A DNA stretch of 36,591 bases from the NCBI GenBank assembly GCA_019247335.1, contig JAFAPB010000084.1, positions 1 to 36,591 of the forward strand, read 5' to 3'. The stretch's first letter is position 1. Every line of letters starts with the position of its first letter. Origin of the DNA: Candidatus Kaiserbacteria bacterium (GTDB lineage: Bacteria; Patescibacteriota; Minisyncoccia; Phycocordibacterales; UBA2100). Of this stretch, positions 35,023 through 36,591 are shown in pieces. The notes beneath the pieces were generated by a model. It was not told where the DNA came from. It made no database searches and saw only the letters and a program-made list of their open reading frames with translations. The position numbers were made by a program, and so were the translations under genes.

Positions 35023-35991
35023 TCATGACTCTAATGCAATTCTGATATTTTCTGCGATACGCGAAATCACCGGAACGGTCACGGAGTTGCCGACCTGTTT
35101 ATAGAGATGCGACTTCGCTTGATTGGTAGGAAATTTGAATGATTCTGGAAAACCTTGCAGTCTTGCGCACTCGCGGGGCGTCAGTCTCCTGACTCCTTTT
35201 GCATCTCGAATGAGCGGTACGTTATGGCCTCCTGCCCCCATGCTTGCAGTCAGAGTCGGGGCCATGCCGTTCTTCAGTTCTCGCACGTAGATCCTGCGGT
35301 ATTGGTAAAAGCTATCGCGATTCTTCACGGCTTTCTTGATTCGCGTGTAGATTTCGCCGAATCTTTCGTCATAGTAGTGTTCGTCATCCACGTTCTTTTC
35401 GAGTATGTGGGACATTTTCTTCGTAAGCGGAATCTTGTCTGGAAAACGGAATTTCATAAGCGTTCTCGGAGATCGGAATGCAACGATATATATTCGCTCG
35501 CGGTTCTGCGGCACGTTGCCATGCGTCATGCTGTTCATTACCTCCGCCTTCATGTGGTACCCGGCTTTCAGCAGCTCTTCCTGTATGCGCTTGAACGTCT
35601 TTTCGTCGTCGTGATTTTTCAAGTGTTTTACGTTTTCGAGGAATACCGCCCGTGGCTTTCTCTTCTTTAGGATCTCGATGACATTAAAGAGTAGGTTGCC
35701 TCTGTTAGCGTCAGCAAATCCTTTTTTATTTCCCGCGACAGAAAAGGGCTGGCAAGGAAATCCTCCGAGGAGGATGTCGAATTTTTTGGGTATCTTCTTC
35801 ATGCCTCTTTCCGCCGTTACTTTGATCAGGCTCGTGTCGTCGATTTCTCCGTAGTTCAGCCGGTATGTCGCAGCTGCGTTTTTATCAAAATCGTTAGAGT
35901 AGATGGTCTCAAAGCCAGCCGACTCGAAGCCGATGCGAATACCGCCGATGCCGGCGAAAAGATCTATTGCCTTCAGCTTTTTCTGATTCAT
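35023..35991 (-). CDS. dcm: C5-cytosine DNA methyltransferase
   Basis: Motifs I FAGIGG, IV GFPCQPFS, VI ENV, VIII QNRERIY, IX RRLTPRECARLQGFP, X YKQVGNSV; start ATG 35991. Confidence 0.96.
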   Translation of the reverse strand: MNQKKLKAIDLFAGIGGIRIGFESAGFETIYSNDFDKNAAATYRLNYGEIDDTSLIKVTAERGMKKIPKKFDILLGGFPCQPFSVAGNKKGFADANRGNLLFNVIEILKKRKPRAVFLENVKHLKNHDDEKTFKRIQEELLKAGYHMKAEVMNSMTHGNVPQNRERIYIVAFRSPRTLMKFRFPDKIPLTKKMSHILEKNVDDEHYYDERFGEIYTRIKKAVKNRDSFYQYRRIYVRELKNGMAPTLTASMGAGGHNVPLIRDAKGVRRLTPRECARLQGFPESFKFPTNQAKSHLYKQVGNSVTVPVISRIAENIRIALES

Positions 35992-36001
35992 AGTCGGTAG
36001 G

Positions 36002-36591
36002 CTAATTATAGCGGGTTTCAATGTTTTCCGCTGCGGGGACATCTATGGTGACTATGCCCCTAGTAATCTTGATCTTCGACCTGAAGCATCCCATCAACTC
36101 CCGCTTCTCCTGATCCGTCCCTTCCTTTAGCGTGTATTTCGCATAGGTTCGTAGATCCACTTCTTCGTGCGCTGTTTTTGACCCAGAGAATCCGAGCACA
36201 CCGCGCTGGAACTTATTGAACCGTCGCAGCTCCTCCTCGAACTTGTGCTGCATGCCCAGATTGTTGAAGTCGATCTGATCGAGTGCCTGTATCAGCTGGT
36301 CGACCAGTTCTTCTTCGCGCAGATATGTGTTCTTGCAGTGCAGATCGCGCGCGCGACCGCACCCATAGTAGATGTACTTCGCCATGGTGCCATCCTTCAG
36401 TTGCTTGTACTTCTCTTCTGCGCTGAACATCGATCCGCATAGACCACAAGTGATGAGCTTCGTGAACGAGAACTCATGCGTCTGCCGCACGATGCTGTCG
36501 CGTTTCAACTGTTCCTGCACCTTGTCGAACAACTCCTTGGAAATCAATGGTTCGTGCTTGCCGTTGTACCAGTTGCCGCTCTTCTTCGGGA
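36002..36591 (-). CDS. Large serine recombinase (C-terminal part; 5' end outside the window)
   Basis: Frame open to the window edge: WYNGKHEPLISKELFDKVQ (end of recombinase domain), Zn ribbon CGLCG..YYGC..C, terminal EKRELM..KI.I. Confidence 0.9.
   Translation of the reverse strand, partial: PKKSGNWYNGKHEPLISKELFDKVQEQLKRDSIVRQTHEFSFTKLITCGLCGSMFSAEEKYKQLKDGTMAKYIYYGCGRARDLHCKNTYLREEELVDQLIQALDQIDFNNLGMQHKFEEELRRFNKFQRGVLGFSGSKTAHEEVDLRTYAKYTLKEGTDQEKRELMGCFRSKIKITRGIVTIDVPAAENIETRYN

Larger units (their letters stand above)
28901..36591 (-). mobile_element. Genomic (defence) island beginning at the tRNA-Ser 3' end, with a serine recombinase; extends past the window
   Basis: Begins right after tRNA-Ser; visibly lower GC than the flanking core; all genes co-oriented; carries a recombinase, MTase, Vsr and CD-NTase. 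No att repeat visible in the window. Confidence 0.7.

Noticed and set aside
30821-35991. Assignment to Mza, DISARM, Druantia, Hma or a plain type II RM system
   Set aside because: Required partners (Z1, AIPR, helicases, PLD or a recognisable REase) are not evident by eye; a database check is still needed.
1-36591. CRISPR array, IS element or alternative genetic code
   Set aside because: No regularly spaced direct repeats or transposase motifs were seen; TGA acts as a normal stop (e.g. ileS, pduO, dcm), consistent with code 11.

Overview
High-GC bacterial chromosome segment that looks like Patescibacteria/CPR (Parcubacteria-like). The evidence is compact, mostly minus-strand housekeeping genes, a short RecO, rplK without rplA, a PilMNO-like cluster, apparently leaderless genes and tRNAs without encoded CCA; the taxonomic call is inference. 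The core region (1-28.9 kb) holds an ATP-citrate-lyase-beta-like gene (partial), recO, ileS, argS, tmk, rplK, nusG, secE, rplS, ruvX, a lipid/glycosyltransferase cluster, a split riboflavin-to-FAD salvage cluster and five tRNAs (His-GTG, Leu-GAG, Arg-TCT, Val-TAC, Ser-TGA). There are two accessory regions. (i) A small decayed element at the 3' end of tRNA-Leu carries an XRE repressor, an ImmA/IrrE peptidase, a small Cys/His protein and a recombinase remnant. (ii) A lower-GC island running from tRNA-Ser to the window end carries a large serine recombinase, a C5 DNA methyltransferase, Vsr and a tightly coupled six-gene operon: small protein, GHKL ATPase, YPHPVL protein, DUF6339-like protein, TM-Rossmannoid protein, and a cGAS/DncV-like nucleotidyltransferase with an AGS-C-like tail. 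This operon is the best candidate for an undescribed defence system. All family calls come from motif recognition and recall, not database searches.
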